A stretch of 62,029 nt of DNA, from positions 1 to 62,029 of the IMG/VR virus record IMGVR_UViG_3300044980_000053. The stretch is one strand, 5' to 3'. The notes beneath the pieces are model-generated. The model made no database searches and was not told the DNA's origin. It saw only the letters and a program-made list of their open reading frames with translations. This document shows positions 8,632 through 17,457 of this stretch, piece after piece (the stretch's first letter is position 1; each line of letters begins with the position of its first letter). The position numbers and the translations under genes are program-made. This DNA is from a virus. Taxonomy: Duplodnaviria > Caudoviricetes.

Positions 8632-11600
8632 TTACTTATCTATCTTGACGGGGTCATTGAGATCCAATTCTCCACGATGATAAGCCCCGAGCGCTTCCTC
8701 TGTAGAGGCAAAACTCTTGGTCTTTTTATCACTACTTGGCCTAGTAGCGCGGTGAAGACCCATAATGCTTTCCATCTCAGGAGCAATGTTTAATGAGCGT
8801 GGATTCCTGTCAGAAAATAGAAGGTGCGACAGCGTTATATTTTTGGAATCCTCCACCGCTGCTGGCGTGACGGGAACGTGTATTTGAACCGTATTCGACA
8901 GGATTGTTCCATCGACGGCCATAAACGTCTCTGAGCCCGGAACCGTAAGATCATAACCGGTTTCGCGGATGTTTGTGGCTTCGTAACTTACCACACGGTC
9001 CCAGCTGATTGATTCATTGTCTACCAGGTTAACCCAGGGAATAAAGTCCACCTGTTGTCGTAACGTTGGGTGATCCGACAAAATGCGTTGAGCCGTGTGG
9101 CGCGTCGTATACCCGTCGCTAATCGCATTACTAAGCGCAGTGTACGTAGCGTTCTTGTTGCCATATAGTCGACGCGCCTCTTTTGCTATTGCAAGAGGTA
9201 TCGGAACTATGTCTGTTCTCGTATAGGCAGAGGCCGTCTTATCTATTGGCTCAGCAAAGTAAGCCTTAAACCTTTGTGCCTTAGTCTCGTGAGCCACGCA
9301 CAATGAGCCGAGTTTACGAAGTTCAACGCTAGACGGCGTAACAACCCAACAATCAAGACCCTTGGGGGTCTTTGTCGTGGTGATTGTAGCGGTAACGTTG
9401 AGCGACTTATAGAGCAGTACCGTCTCTTGTGCCAACCGAATACTGGTTGTGCAGTGATTGATTATCCACTGAGGTTTTGCTTTGCCGTGACTAACAGCAA
9501 TGCTGCCATCCGTGTCGATAAGACCCGCCAGGAGACCACGACGAAACTCTTCAGGGGCTGTCAGAAAGAAAGGAGGAAGATGTTTATTTCGTGCGCCGTG
9601 TCCGATGAGCGGAGCAACAAGAGACGCATATTCCACAGAGCCTACGGCTAGCTTCTGGCTATTGGGCCCGAAACCCTCTCCTTTCCTTGTTAGATGCGTA
9701 ACTGTTGGCGTCAAACTAAAAATTTCTTGAAGAAGCGTTTTATACCGTTCTTGAATAGCCGGCTCTATCGCAGCCAGGTTTACGACTGAAGGGCCGTTGG
9801 CTAGCTCGTCGACCCAACCGTCCCCGACCAACATACCGAGTAATTGTCCTACGCCCTCCGTAAGAGAGATCGTCGAATTTAGTCGCTGTTCTCTGGGTCG
9901 ATTTCCTCGCAGTTGACGTTCTGACGTCATCATTGATACGCAAACGTCTAATGGCGATAGGTGTCGCGCTATAGGCACAAATACGCCTCCCGCTTCTGCA
10001 GGTCTTCGGCGAACAGTATTGAGCTCACGAGTAAGCCCATACACCGCGCGAGGGTCGTCATCAGATACAATCTGACGGCCAGATGCGAGTGTTACGGTTT
10101 CAACGTATCGATCTTTGTGTACCGACCACGCGGAGACCTTCATGAGTTTAAGTTGCCCCGTCGATGGATCGTGCGCTATCACACGAATCCCTTCTGGCAC
10201 TGCATAAAAAGCGCGATGTTCTTTTTCGAACTGAAGCGCGCCGTGTGGAAAATTTTCCAGGGGGCACACAAAAAATCGATCCCCCTCCAGATAACCCGTG
10301 ACTGTTTTGAAGCGCGCGGTCATTTGTTCATCCTGTTGTTCAGCATGTCGCCATGCTAGCACGTCTGCTTCTTTTTGTCCATAGTCTGTAAAAAAAGAAG
10401 AAGAGATACACAGGATTACGTGTCCAAAACAGCAGTCACCGTCATAGTCGAGGTTAGCCCCTCGTTCGTAAGCGGGTGCGATTTTAATCGCCTTACCTCC
10501 AATTAACCGGGGATAGGCCGCCACAATATTGCTCCTGCTCAAAGAAGGCGCACGGTTCACGAGTACAGGTCGATCCTTGGATTCGTTGATGAGCTCGTCT
10601 CTAGCAATGGGAGTTCTGTCATCTACCATGCGCTGAGCTTCGACTGCCGGATATCCGCGACGAACCAAGCGACCAATGATGAACTTCGAGTACATCGTCC
10701 ACGCCATGTCCTCTGGAAGACCGATCTCGTCCATAGACAGTTCCGGTCCAGGAGACACGACGCCTCGTCCGCTTGGCGTTTGCAGACGCTTCATAATCTT
10801 CGACTGAAAAAAGCCGTTGCCGGGGCGAGACCCTGTGATAGCGAGTATATAACCCTTTGCGTCTCTCTTGTTTACTCCCGGGCTGACCGGCTCTCCGATT
10901 CCAAACAACGCACTGACAGCGTCGTACAAGTGTTGACGAGGGGCGGCTAGCTCCTTGTCCGGTAGAACCTCTTTGACTTTCTCGAGGCCGTCGTTAGCCA
11001 AGAACGCATCTCTGTAAAGGAGATTTGCGTCACCGACTTGGAGCTTGCCGTCTGGCAGCGGCAGAACCGGGCGGATAATTGGCGGCGTGACTGGGACCTT
11101 GCTCAGGACATATGCCTTGTCCGGGGTGAGGCCGAGATCTTTAAGCGCCTCGAGGTACTTCACCTTCTTGACGGTATTATCTAAGGCGGTGCCCTTGAGG
11201 CGTCTAGCTTCATCGCGAAGGTTCTTGATCTCCTTATCCATGTCAATGGCACCGAGTGCGCTCTTGAACCAGTTGCCGCCTTTGCCGACGTGTTCTGTAA
11301 ATTGATCCTGTGTCAAGTTGAGAAGCTTCTTCACGGGCTCTTCGAACACAGGATTAACAATTGGCTCGACAAGATCGACGTGAGACCACTTAGTGCCAGA
11401 GGCTCCGCCGGTTCTAGCAGGGTCAAATAGTCCGCCTGTTTCTGGCTTTAGATCCTTGGCTCTGATCATCTTACTAGGATCTGGCAGTGCCCCGCTAGAC
11501 ATCTTGGTGATGTCCGCATCGGTGAGCGGGCCGAGTGCGAGCCTGGAGCCGCTCTTGTTAACCTTGATACCGGCACCAGTGAGCATGGAATGAAGTTTGT

Positions 11601-14547
11601 CATACACAAACGACGTCTTGGGTGCGGGAGTAGGTAGGCCAAGTTGAATGGCTCTCCAGAACTCGTCGTTTCTCTGACTCTTTATGGTGGCAGACTCACG
11701 GAGTATATTTCTCGCGTTGTGTGACACGAGACCGTCGAATTCCATTCGACCGATTCCCTTGGCCCCGTCGTCACCGCCCTTTGCTGGCTGTTCGTTGTAG
11801 TCGTAGCGGCCCGGTTGACTAGCCGACCACCCGCTCTCGGCGGTCTTCATGAGCTTGAGGATGTACGCATTGCCAACGAACACATTCGGAATTTTTTTTC
11901 CTGTGACAGGATCAGTGACAGTCTCCTTGTCAGAGAGTCCAGCCTCCTTTAGCTTGTCGCGCGCGAACTTAACAGCATTGCCAGGCATGTACTGCGGAGC
12001 AATGATCGGCTTGCCCGTCTTAGCCGCTACCTTGCCGAGAGCGGCCTCTATGATCTGACTCGGATTGATTCGCGTGATGACACCCGCACTCGTAAACAGC
12101 ACGTCGATTGGGTGACCGGACTCGTCCTGCAGCATCTGATCATCCGGAATGATCTGTGCAATCACACCCTTAGCCCCGTGCCTGTTGGTAATTTTATCGG
12201 CGATCTGGAGCGGCTCCTCGGTCTTAACGGTGACGCTGTGTCGAGCTTCGGTTTTCGCGACGTCAGATACTACGCCAGGGTTGTCGCTATTCCAGGTCTC
12301 AACTACCTCTCTATACGGCTTCACCAAACTCTTCGACAATTTGCCAAGGAGCGCCGCATCGCCGGTGACTACGTTGGGGCGCACCGCAACAAGAAGAGGA
12401 TCTCCTTTGTAGACGGTTGTCCCGGGCTTTATTACGCCGTCGTCGTCGAGATTTGCATACTGCTTGGCGGTGTATCTTGGGCCGAAGTAAGTCTTATGTC
12501 TCTCTCGACCGGCCTGCGTCTCCCCGCTGATATCGAGCACATGTTGATACATGTGCTCACTCGTTAGTTTGTTGGCGGCGTTTTGACTGACAACTAGACC
12601 ATCGTTTGAATTGAGGCCACGGGCCGCTACGTACGCTACGCGTAGATTTGTACCGAGAGCGAGGGTTCCGTCCTTGGTGAAGTTAGACTCAGCCAATAGC
12701 TGGCCTTTCTTCACTTCATCGCCCTGTTTAACGATCAGATTATTGGTGAGATACGTTTTAGCGGCCAGCGGAAGATCTTGGTCATAGTGCAGCTTCATAA
12801 CGCCGCCCGCAGCGCTTGTCTTTGTACCGCGAGGCGCCAAGTGAATGTAGTCACCGTCGATTTTGGTGATGACACCGTCCTCTCTAGCGGTAGGGACAAT
12901 GATCTTGGCAAACTCCTGCTCAACAGAGTGTCCAGGAGCCCACGACTCGACTTGCACGTTTGGAGCCTCTCTGTGCACGAGGGGCAACGCCTGCTCCTGG
13001 TGCTTAGACGCCATGAGTGATCGGTTACCTTGCATGCTTCCGATTAGTGGAAGCAAGTTGGTCGTGGGGCTAAACATGTCCGTCGCATGCCTGATCTCAT
13101 GAGTGACGCGGTCTGATGGCTCGTGTCCCATGAGGTGGTTGTGCATGGTCTCGATTATCTTACCGGGACTCAGGTCCTGTCCTGGAAAGGCGATTACGCT
13201 CTTACTAGCCTCTTTAATGCTGAGAATTTCATCCTTGCCGGTTTTGACGTTCCTGTAAGTTCCATAGAGATTGTTGTGATCATCACGCATGGTACCGATA
13301 GCCGCGCGGACATCGACACCGGCGTGGAAACTCTCGGGCGTCCTGACCTCGTCCAGAATCCCGAGGTGAGTCATGTGCGCGTCGCGAGCCTCTATAGGAA
13401 TGGCGCGTTCCGTTGGAATCGCGCCCTCGCCGAGCATAGTTACCTTAGACGCCTGACTGATGAGCTCCATCGGATTGATCTGCGTGGGAACAGCAGAGAG
13501 CGATGAGCCCGTCAAGAAACCGTTCACTGATTTCGTGAACATGCCAGACGGGATAGCGTCGCGGAGCTTTCCCTTGGCTGCGTCTAGCTTCCATCCGAAC
13601 TTGTTGCGCATAGAGCGTGCCGTGAGGCCGAGACGCTCTCGGATGAAGTCGTCTACTGAGTGGAAAGTCTTGAACTCTAGTGCGTCACGATCGTCGACGT
13701 TTCTGGCGTTCTTGTGAACGTCGAGAAGTTTATGGCCGGCCGAGAGTAGCGCCTGCGGTGACGCCTTGTCGAAAGGGTGACCGAGAGTCACCTCATTGAC
13801 GTCTGGGTCCATCTTAGTCGTATCGAAATACGCGCGCAACGCATCTGCGCGCGCCTCCGGCGTGGCTGGCCTAGGACGGCCAGGTCGCTCCAAGATAACG
13901 TCGTACAACGTGTCGACGTGCTTCTCTGGCTTTGAGAATTTTTTGTTGTTGATCTCCGCTACTTCAGAACCCCAAGCTCTAGATATATCTTGGTGAGGTA
14001 CGCCAAGAGCCTTGAGAACAGGATATAGACCAATCTTCGAGGAAGTGTGCGAGGGCGTGATGTACAGAAGACCTTTCTCTTGGTCCATCGACATCTTTAG
14101 ATTGGCACCCTTGGCCATGTTGAACTGCGCCTCAAGAAGCTGGTTGCCGCGTCTATGCACATAGACGCCGGACTTCGGCCGCAGTAGGTTGGCGACAGCG
14201 TACTCTGTGCCATCGAGGATAAACGTGTGCCTGGGCGTAAAGTACGGCAGGCGCAGTAGCGTGAAGCCCTTAGCCTGATCAGTTACCTGTCCGGCTGAGT
14301 CCTTTACTATCAAGTCTCCCTTTACGCGCTCAGATAGCGTACGGCCCTCCATTAGAGCCTTCTTCTGCTCGCGGGACGAGAACTCCTCTGGAACTACGTG
14401 AGCGTTGTTCAACTCGATAGTCCAGCGACCCGCCTTCATAGGAAAAGACTGGTTAAGGCCCTCTACGGCGGCCTTTCGGATGTAACCACGTCTGGTGTCG
14501 CTGTCTTCCAGAACGGGGCGCAAGTTCTTGGTAGAAGAGTCTGTCAC
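8632..14547 (-). CDS. rpoBC: RNA polymerase beta subunit fused to the N-terminal half of beta-prime, intein-containing (about 1457 aa after splicing)
   Basis: Beta motifs: RTPESFHAG, NRSLMASKHQEQA, DKITNRHGAKGVI, RINPSQIIE, KGIGRME. Beta-prime motifs: KPETGGLFD, VPVTPPIIRP, SGRGVV, LVNRAPSL, catalytic NLDYDGD at 10435-10455. Confidence 0.95.
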   Translation of the reverse strand: MTDSSTKNLRPVLEDSDTRRGYIRKAAVEGLNQSFPMKAGRWTIELNNAHVVPEEFSSREQKKALMEGRTLSERVKGDLIVKDSAGQVTDQAKGFTLLRLPYFTPRHTFILDGTEYAVANLLRPKSGVYVHRRGNQLLEAQFNMAKGANLKMSMDQEKGLLYITPSHTSSKIGLYPVLKALGVPHQDISRAWGSEVAEINNKKFSKPEKHVDTLYDVILERPGRPRPATPEARADALRAYFDTTKMDPDVNEVTLGHPFDKASPQALLSAGHKLLDVHKNARNVDDRDALEFKTFHSVDDFIRERLGLTARSMRNKFGWKLDAAKGKLRDAIPSGMFTKSVNGFLTGSSLSAVPTQINPMELISQASKVTMLGEGAIPTERAIPIEARDAHMTHLGILDEVRTPESFHAGVDVRAAIGTMRDDHNNLYGTYRNVKTGKDEILSIKEASKSVIAFPGQDLSPGKIIETMHNHLMGHEPSDRVTHEIRHATDMFSPTTNLLPLIGSMQGNRSLMASKHQEQALPLVHREAPNVQVESWAPGHSVEQEFAKIIVPTAREDGVITKIDGDYIHLAPRGTKTSAAGGVMKLHYDQDLPLAAKTYLTNNLIVKQGDEVKKGQLLAESNFTKDGTLALGTNLRVAYVAARGLNSNDGLVVSQNAANKLTSEHMYQHVLDISGETQAGRERHKTYFGPRYTAKQYANLDDDGVIKPGTTVYKGDPLLVAVRPNVVTGDAALLGKLSKSLVKPYREVVETWNSDNPGVVSDVAKTEARHSVTVKTEEPLQIADKITNRHGAKGVIAQIIPDDQMLQDESGHPIDVLFTSAGVITRINPSQIIEAALGKVAAKTGKPIIAPQYMPGNAVKFARDKLKEAGLSDKETVTDPVTGKKIPNVFVGNAYILKLMKTAESGWSASQPGRYDYNEQPAKGGDDGAKGIGRMEFDGLVSHNARNILRESATIKSQRNDEFWRAIQLGLPTPAPKTSFVYDKLHSMLTGAGIKVNKSGSRLALGPLTDADITKMSSGALPDPSKMIRAKDLKPETGGLFDPARTGGASGTKWSHVDLVEPIVNPVFEEPVKKLLNLTQDQFTEHVGKGGNWFKSALGAIDMDKEIKNLRDEARRLKGTALDNTVKKVKYLEALKDLGLTPDKAYVLSKVPVTPPIIRPVLPLPDGKLQVGDANLLYRDAFLANDGLEKVKEVLPDKELAAPRQHLYDAVSALFGIGEPVSPGVNKRDAKGYILAITGSRPGNGFFQSKIMKRLQTPSGRGVVSPGPELSMDEIGLPEDMAWTMYSKFIIGRLVRRGYPAVEAQRMVDDRTPIARDELINESKDRPVLVNRAPSLSRSNIVAAYPRLIGGKAIKIAPAYERGANLDYDGDCCFGHVILCISSSFFTDYGQKEADVLAWRHAEQQDEQMTARFKTVTGYLEGDRFFVCPLENFPHGALQFEKEHRAFYAVPEGIRVIAHDPSTGQLKLMKVSAWSVHKDRYVETVTLASGRQIVSDDDPRAVYGLTRELNTVRRRPAEAGGVFVPIARHLSPLDVCVSMMTSERQLRGNRPREQRLNSTISLTEGVGQLLGMLVGDGWVDELANGPSVVNLAAIEPAIQERYKTLLQEIFSLTPTVTHLTRKGEGFGPNSQKLAVGSVEYASLVAPLIGHGARNKHLPPFFLTAPEEFRRGLLAGLIDTDGSIAVSHGKAKPQWIINHCTTSIRLAQETVLLYKSLNVTATITTTKTPKGLDCWVVTPSSVELRKLGSLCVAHETKAQRFKAYFAEPIDKTASAYTRTDIVPIPLAIAKEARRLYGNKNATYTALSNAISDGYTTRHTAQRILSDHPTLRQQVDFIPWVNLVDNESISWDRVVSYEATNIRETGYDLTVPGSETFMAVDGTILSNTVQIHVPVTPAAVEDSKNITLSHLLFSDRNPRSLNIAPEMESIMGLHRATRPSSDKKTKSFASTEEALGAYHRGELDLNDPVKIDK
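8893..10434 (-). mobile_element. Intein with LAGLIDADG homing endonuclease (514 aa)
   Basis: Begins with Cys after DYDGD; motifs LLGMLVGDG and LLAGLIDTDG; ends GYDLTVPGSETFMAVDGTILSN with +1 Thr. Removal restores DYDGD-TVQIHVP (compare DFDGD-QMAVHVP). Confidence 0.93.
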
Positions 14548-14906
14548 GACAGAGGTCCAGATTTCTCTACGGGTTCGACGTCACTCATAGAATCTACCTG
14601 GTCAGGGCGAGCAGGCGCCTTGTTCTCGAACCAACATAGAACGATGACGTGCTCGCCGGTCTTGGTCTCATAGCTCTTCTCGTAGCGAATTGTTATCTCA
14701 CCTGACCAGGCCCTGTTGCAGACGTCGTCGTAGTCTGCCAGCTCCTCAGGACAGTTGAACATCTTCGTACACTGCCGAACGCTGGGGCCCTTACGGGACT
14801 TACCAGAAACGGTAACAGGAGACGCTGCCTGTCCGAATGGGTGGGCTCCCGTGAGCTCCTGCATGCGGTTCAGTGTTTCTGCGAAGTCGTCTTTCTTGTC
14901 TGCCAT
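14544..14906 (-). CDS. Hypothetical protein coupled to the RNAP gene
   Basis: 120 aa; AGGTG SD; 4-nt stop/start overlap with the RNAP gene. Confidence 0.75.
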   Translation of the reverse strand: MADKKDDFAETLNRMQELTGAHPFGQAASPVTVSGKSRKGPSVRQCTKMFNCPEELADYDDVCNRAWSGEITIRYEKSYETKTGEHVIVLCWFENKAPARPDQVDSMSDVEPVEKSGPLS

Positions 14907-14935
14907 GAGTCACCTATTGTGTTTTAATACCGCGA

Positions 14936-15632
14936 CTACGCGCCCCAACGATCTCGTTGGGCTTGTGACATGCGAATCTTTGCCTCGGGCGTATATTTTC
15001 GTCCGCGTTGTCTAGCGGACATCGCTTGTCTTTGTTCGAGAGTTGCCTTGTGACCGCGGCGCGCAGCCGATATTAGCGCGCGATTCATCAGACATCTTTT
15101 TACCTTTATTACTTTCTGAAATTTTCTTACGGTGTTCTTCAGTCTTAGGAACGCCTCGGCGCTGCTCAGACATAAGATCTCGTGTTTCTTGCGAGAGTTT
15201 CTTACCCGTTTGTGCGATTGCTAATTTCATTCGATGTTCGGGAGATTTTGTTCTGCCTTTATTTCCTGCGGAAATCGCCGCTCGCGCTTCTTCGTCATGT
15301 TTGTATCCGAGTTTTCCTGGGCCCTTAGCCTTTGCGTTAACAAGACGACAGCCTAAGGATCGAAAATACTCGGTCCAATAGTCTTCAGCGGCGTCCATGA
15401 AGGGCGCAGGTACTTCTTGAACCAATCGAATAGTTGGAATCACGTTTTGTTGCACCAGACTTTGAACCCAATACACGCGATAAGGTACGCGCCCTCGGTT
15501 ACGATTTTCTCGTTGTCCTTTGTCCTTAAGATGTTGTGCTAGACGGATCTCAAGCGCCTTGATTGTACGACCTACGTACCGTATCTCGCCATCTCGTGGG
15601 TCTATAAGAACGTATATCTTCGCGATTTTCAA
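14936..15632 (-). pseudogene. GIY-YIG homing endonuclease with NUMOD3 repeats, frameshifted near 15068 (track ORF stops at 15012)
   Basis: KIYVLIDPRDGEIRYVGRT domain plus NUMOD3 repeats; the repeats continue in another frame (GHKATLEQRQAMSARQRGRKYTPEAKIRMSQAQ) to TAG at 14936. Confidence 0.8.
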
Positions 15633-15637
15633 AATAT

Positions 15638-17422
15638 TTATGCCACCGTTTCTCCGTCAGAGGGCGGACTCGTGGCTCCCGTAGGATCTTGTCCTGTTCT
15701 TGCCATAGAGATCGCTGCTCTGTTTTGCTGCTGTGTCGCGTCTTCAAGAGATAATTTTACTAGCGCGTACATTGGTTTATCGCGTTTTTCGAGTTCCGTC
15801 ATCTGTGAACGTCTAGTACCTTCATCCAATCCCATCAATTGTTGAACGATTTGATCGGCCTGTTGTTGCATAGCTTGCGGATCATATGCGGCACCGCTTT
15901 GTCCTAGTTGCGCCTGCGTGCGCGCCTGGAGACCAAGTTCATTCTGTCGCTTCTGCATCTCGATATTGATTTCGGATGCGACTCTCGCGTCGTCGAGTGT
16001 TTCCTGCTTACGCTTCTGCCGCTCCTCAACTGGGTCGACGTCAAAGGCCTCACCAAGAGTAGCCTTGGAAATCCACGGACCGCTGGACGGATCAGCCATA
16101 TTGAGCTGCAAGAGCAGCGCCTTCTGTTGCACGTCGTCGATGAATTTAAACGGCGCGAGCTTGACCTTAATAGATCCCCAACCAAGCAGCTTGGCGGTCT
16201 TATCTGTTATCCACTGCAGGAGATCGTTTAGATCTGTGGTCTGATGAATCAACTGGTTCTCGAGGACGCGTAGCTGAATTCCTGAACCCATAGCGGAGAA
16301 CCCGCCATAGATGAACTCCTTGGGGAGTCCTAGTGCCGCAATAATGTTGTCCTCGGCCGCCTGAACTTCGCCGAGCGTCATAAGAGCGCGCGCCTGTCCG
16401 CCGAAGTGGGTAACTTCAGCCGGGATAGGCGACCACATGATGTGGAGCGGATCTCTGCGCCAGCGCTTTACGCTAGACTTCATCTCCGCTGTCCAGTGAG
16501 ACAGGTTGATCGTCAAAAGCGGATCGGCGTTGGCCGTCGACTGTTTCGGCGAGATGATGCGCATCGGAACGATGTAGTCGAGTGCGATAGCTTCGTTTGC
16601 CTTGCGTAGAACCGCGGCAAAAAAGAAGAGCTTAATTGTCGACGACAGGGGCGGAAATCCCCACTGCGCTTCGATGCCGGCGGGTGCGTCCATCTTAAGA
16701 TGGCAGACCTGCCCGTCAGCGAACTTAAAGATCTTGTCGTCCTTAAGAGTGCGGAGGAACTCCATTGGCATAGAGTCAATGAGGTGCTTGTTGTTTTTAG
16801 CGACGCGCTCTTTCAGCTCTTTCGGAATTGTCCAGTAGTATTCTGAATGTCCTGTTATCGGGTTATGATCGATGTCGATAAGCTTTGGGTCCCATCGAAT
16901 AATCGAGATCTTGTCTGGCTTAGCAATCTTCTTGTCCACGACGTCGTCGGGGCCCGCTTCAGCCTTCGCATGACAGCTTGGACATACGTAAGAAAAAGTA
17001 AGCTTCTTGAGACGAAAGCGATAGTTCAAGCTGGTGGCATTCGACTGCTGTCTGCAGTGCGGGCACTTGAGAAAACGTACGAACGGAGAGTACATCGAGA
17101 AGAAAGAGTTGCCGTACGTAAACTTGTCAATCGCCGCTTTTACTAACCATCGCTTGACATGGAGTTGTTCGTCGAGCAGCTTTTCGTACTTCTTCTTCAA
17201 TCCTTCGTTGGTCGTCTCATAGAGAATATCTGTGATCGGATACGTACAAAACTTCTGGAGTGCCGCATAGATATGGGCAGAATTGAAGTACAGATACTCC
17301 GTAAGGCGGAATAAGTCTTTTAGTTTTCGAGGCGCGAACGCCGTGAGAAAATCAAACAGCGGATTGCTGTGTGATGCTACGTTGCCAAAGTTAAGGTCTC
17401 CGCCGGCGTCTAGATCAAGCAT
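15638..17422 (-). CDS. Portal protein with Zn-ribbon insertion
   Basis: 594 aa; portal-like motifs (DKFTYGNSF, HLKMDAPAG...WGFPPL, IIAALGLPKEFIYGG); CPHC..CPSC insert; Gln-rich tail. Confidence 0.7.
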   Translation of the reverse strand: MLDLDAGGDLNFGNVASHSNPLFDFLTAFAPRKLKDLFRLTEYLYFNSAHIYAALQKFCTYPITDILYETTNEGLKKKYEKLLDEQLHVKRWLVKAAIDKFTYGNSFFSMYSPFVRFLKCPHCRQQSNATSLNYRFRLKKLTFSYVCPSCHAKAEAGPDDVVDKKIAKPDKISIIRWDPKLIDIDHNPITGHSEYYWTIPKELKERVAKNNKHLIDSMPMEFLRTLKDDKIFKFADGQVCHLKMDAPAGIEAQWGFPPLSSTIKLFFFAAVLRKANEAIALDYIVPMRIISPKQSTANADPLLTINLSHWTAEMKSSVKRWRRDPLHIMWSPIPAEVTHFGGQARALMTLGEVQAAEDNIIAALGLPKEFIYGGFSAMGSGIQLRVLENQLIHQTTDLNDLLQWITDKTAKLLGWGSIKVKLAPFKFIDDVQQKALLLQLNMADPSSGPWISKATLGEAFDVDPVEERQKRKQETLDDARVASEINIEMQKRQNELGLQARTQAQLGQSGAAYDPQAMQQQADQIVQQLMGLDEGTRRSQMTELEKRDKPMYALVKLSLEDATQQQNRAAISMARTGQDPTGATSPPSDGETVA

Positions 17423-17457
17423 TAAGCCACGTCCTGTGGTATTGCGAAAGAGATAGC

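Noticed and set aside
5932-14547. Host rpoBC operon, prophage flank, or eukaryotic giant virus RNAP
   Set aside because: No ribosomal protein neighbours; the genes are reduced and divergent and embedded among portal/virion genes; SD sites, sigma70 and a myovirus baseplate indicate a bacteriophage.
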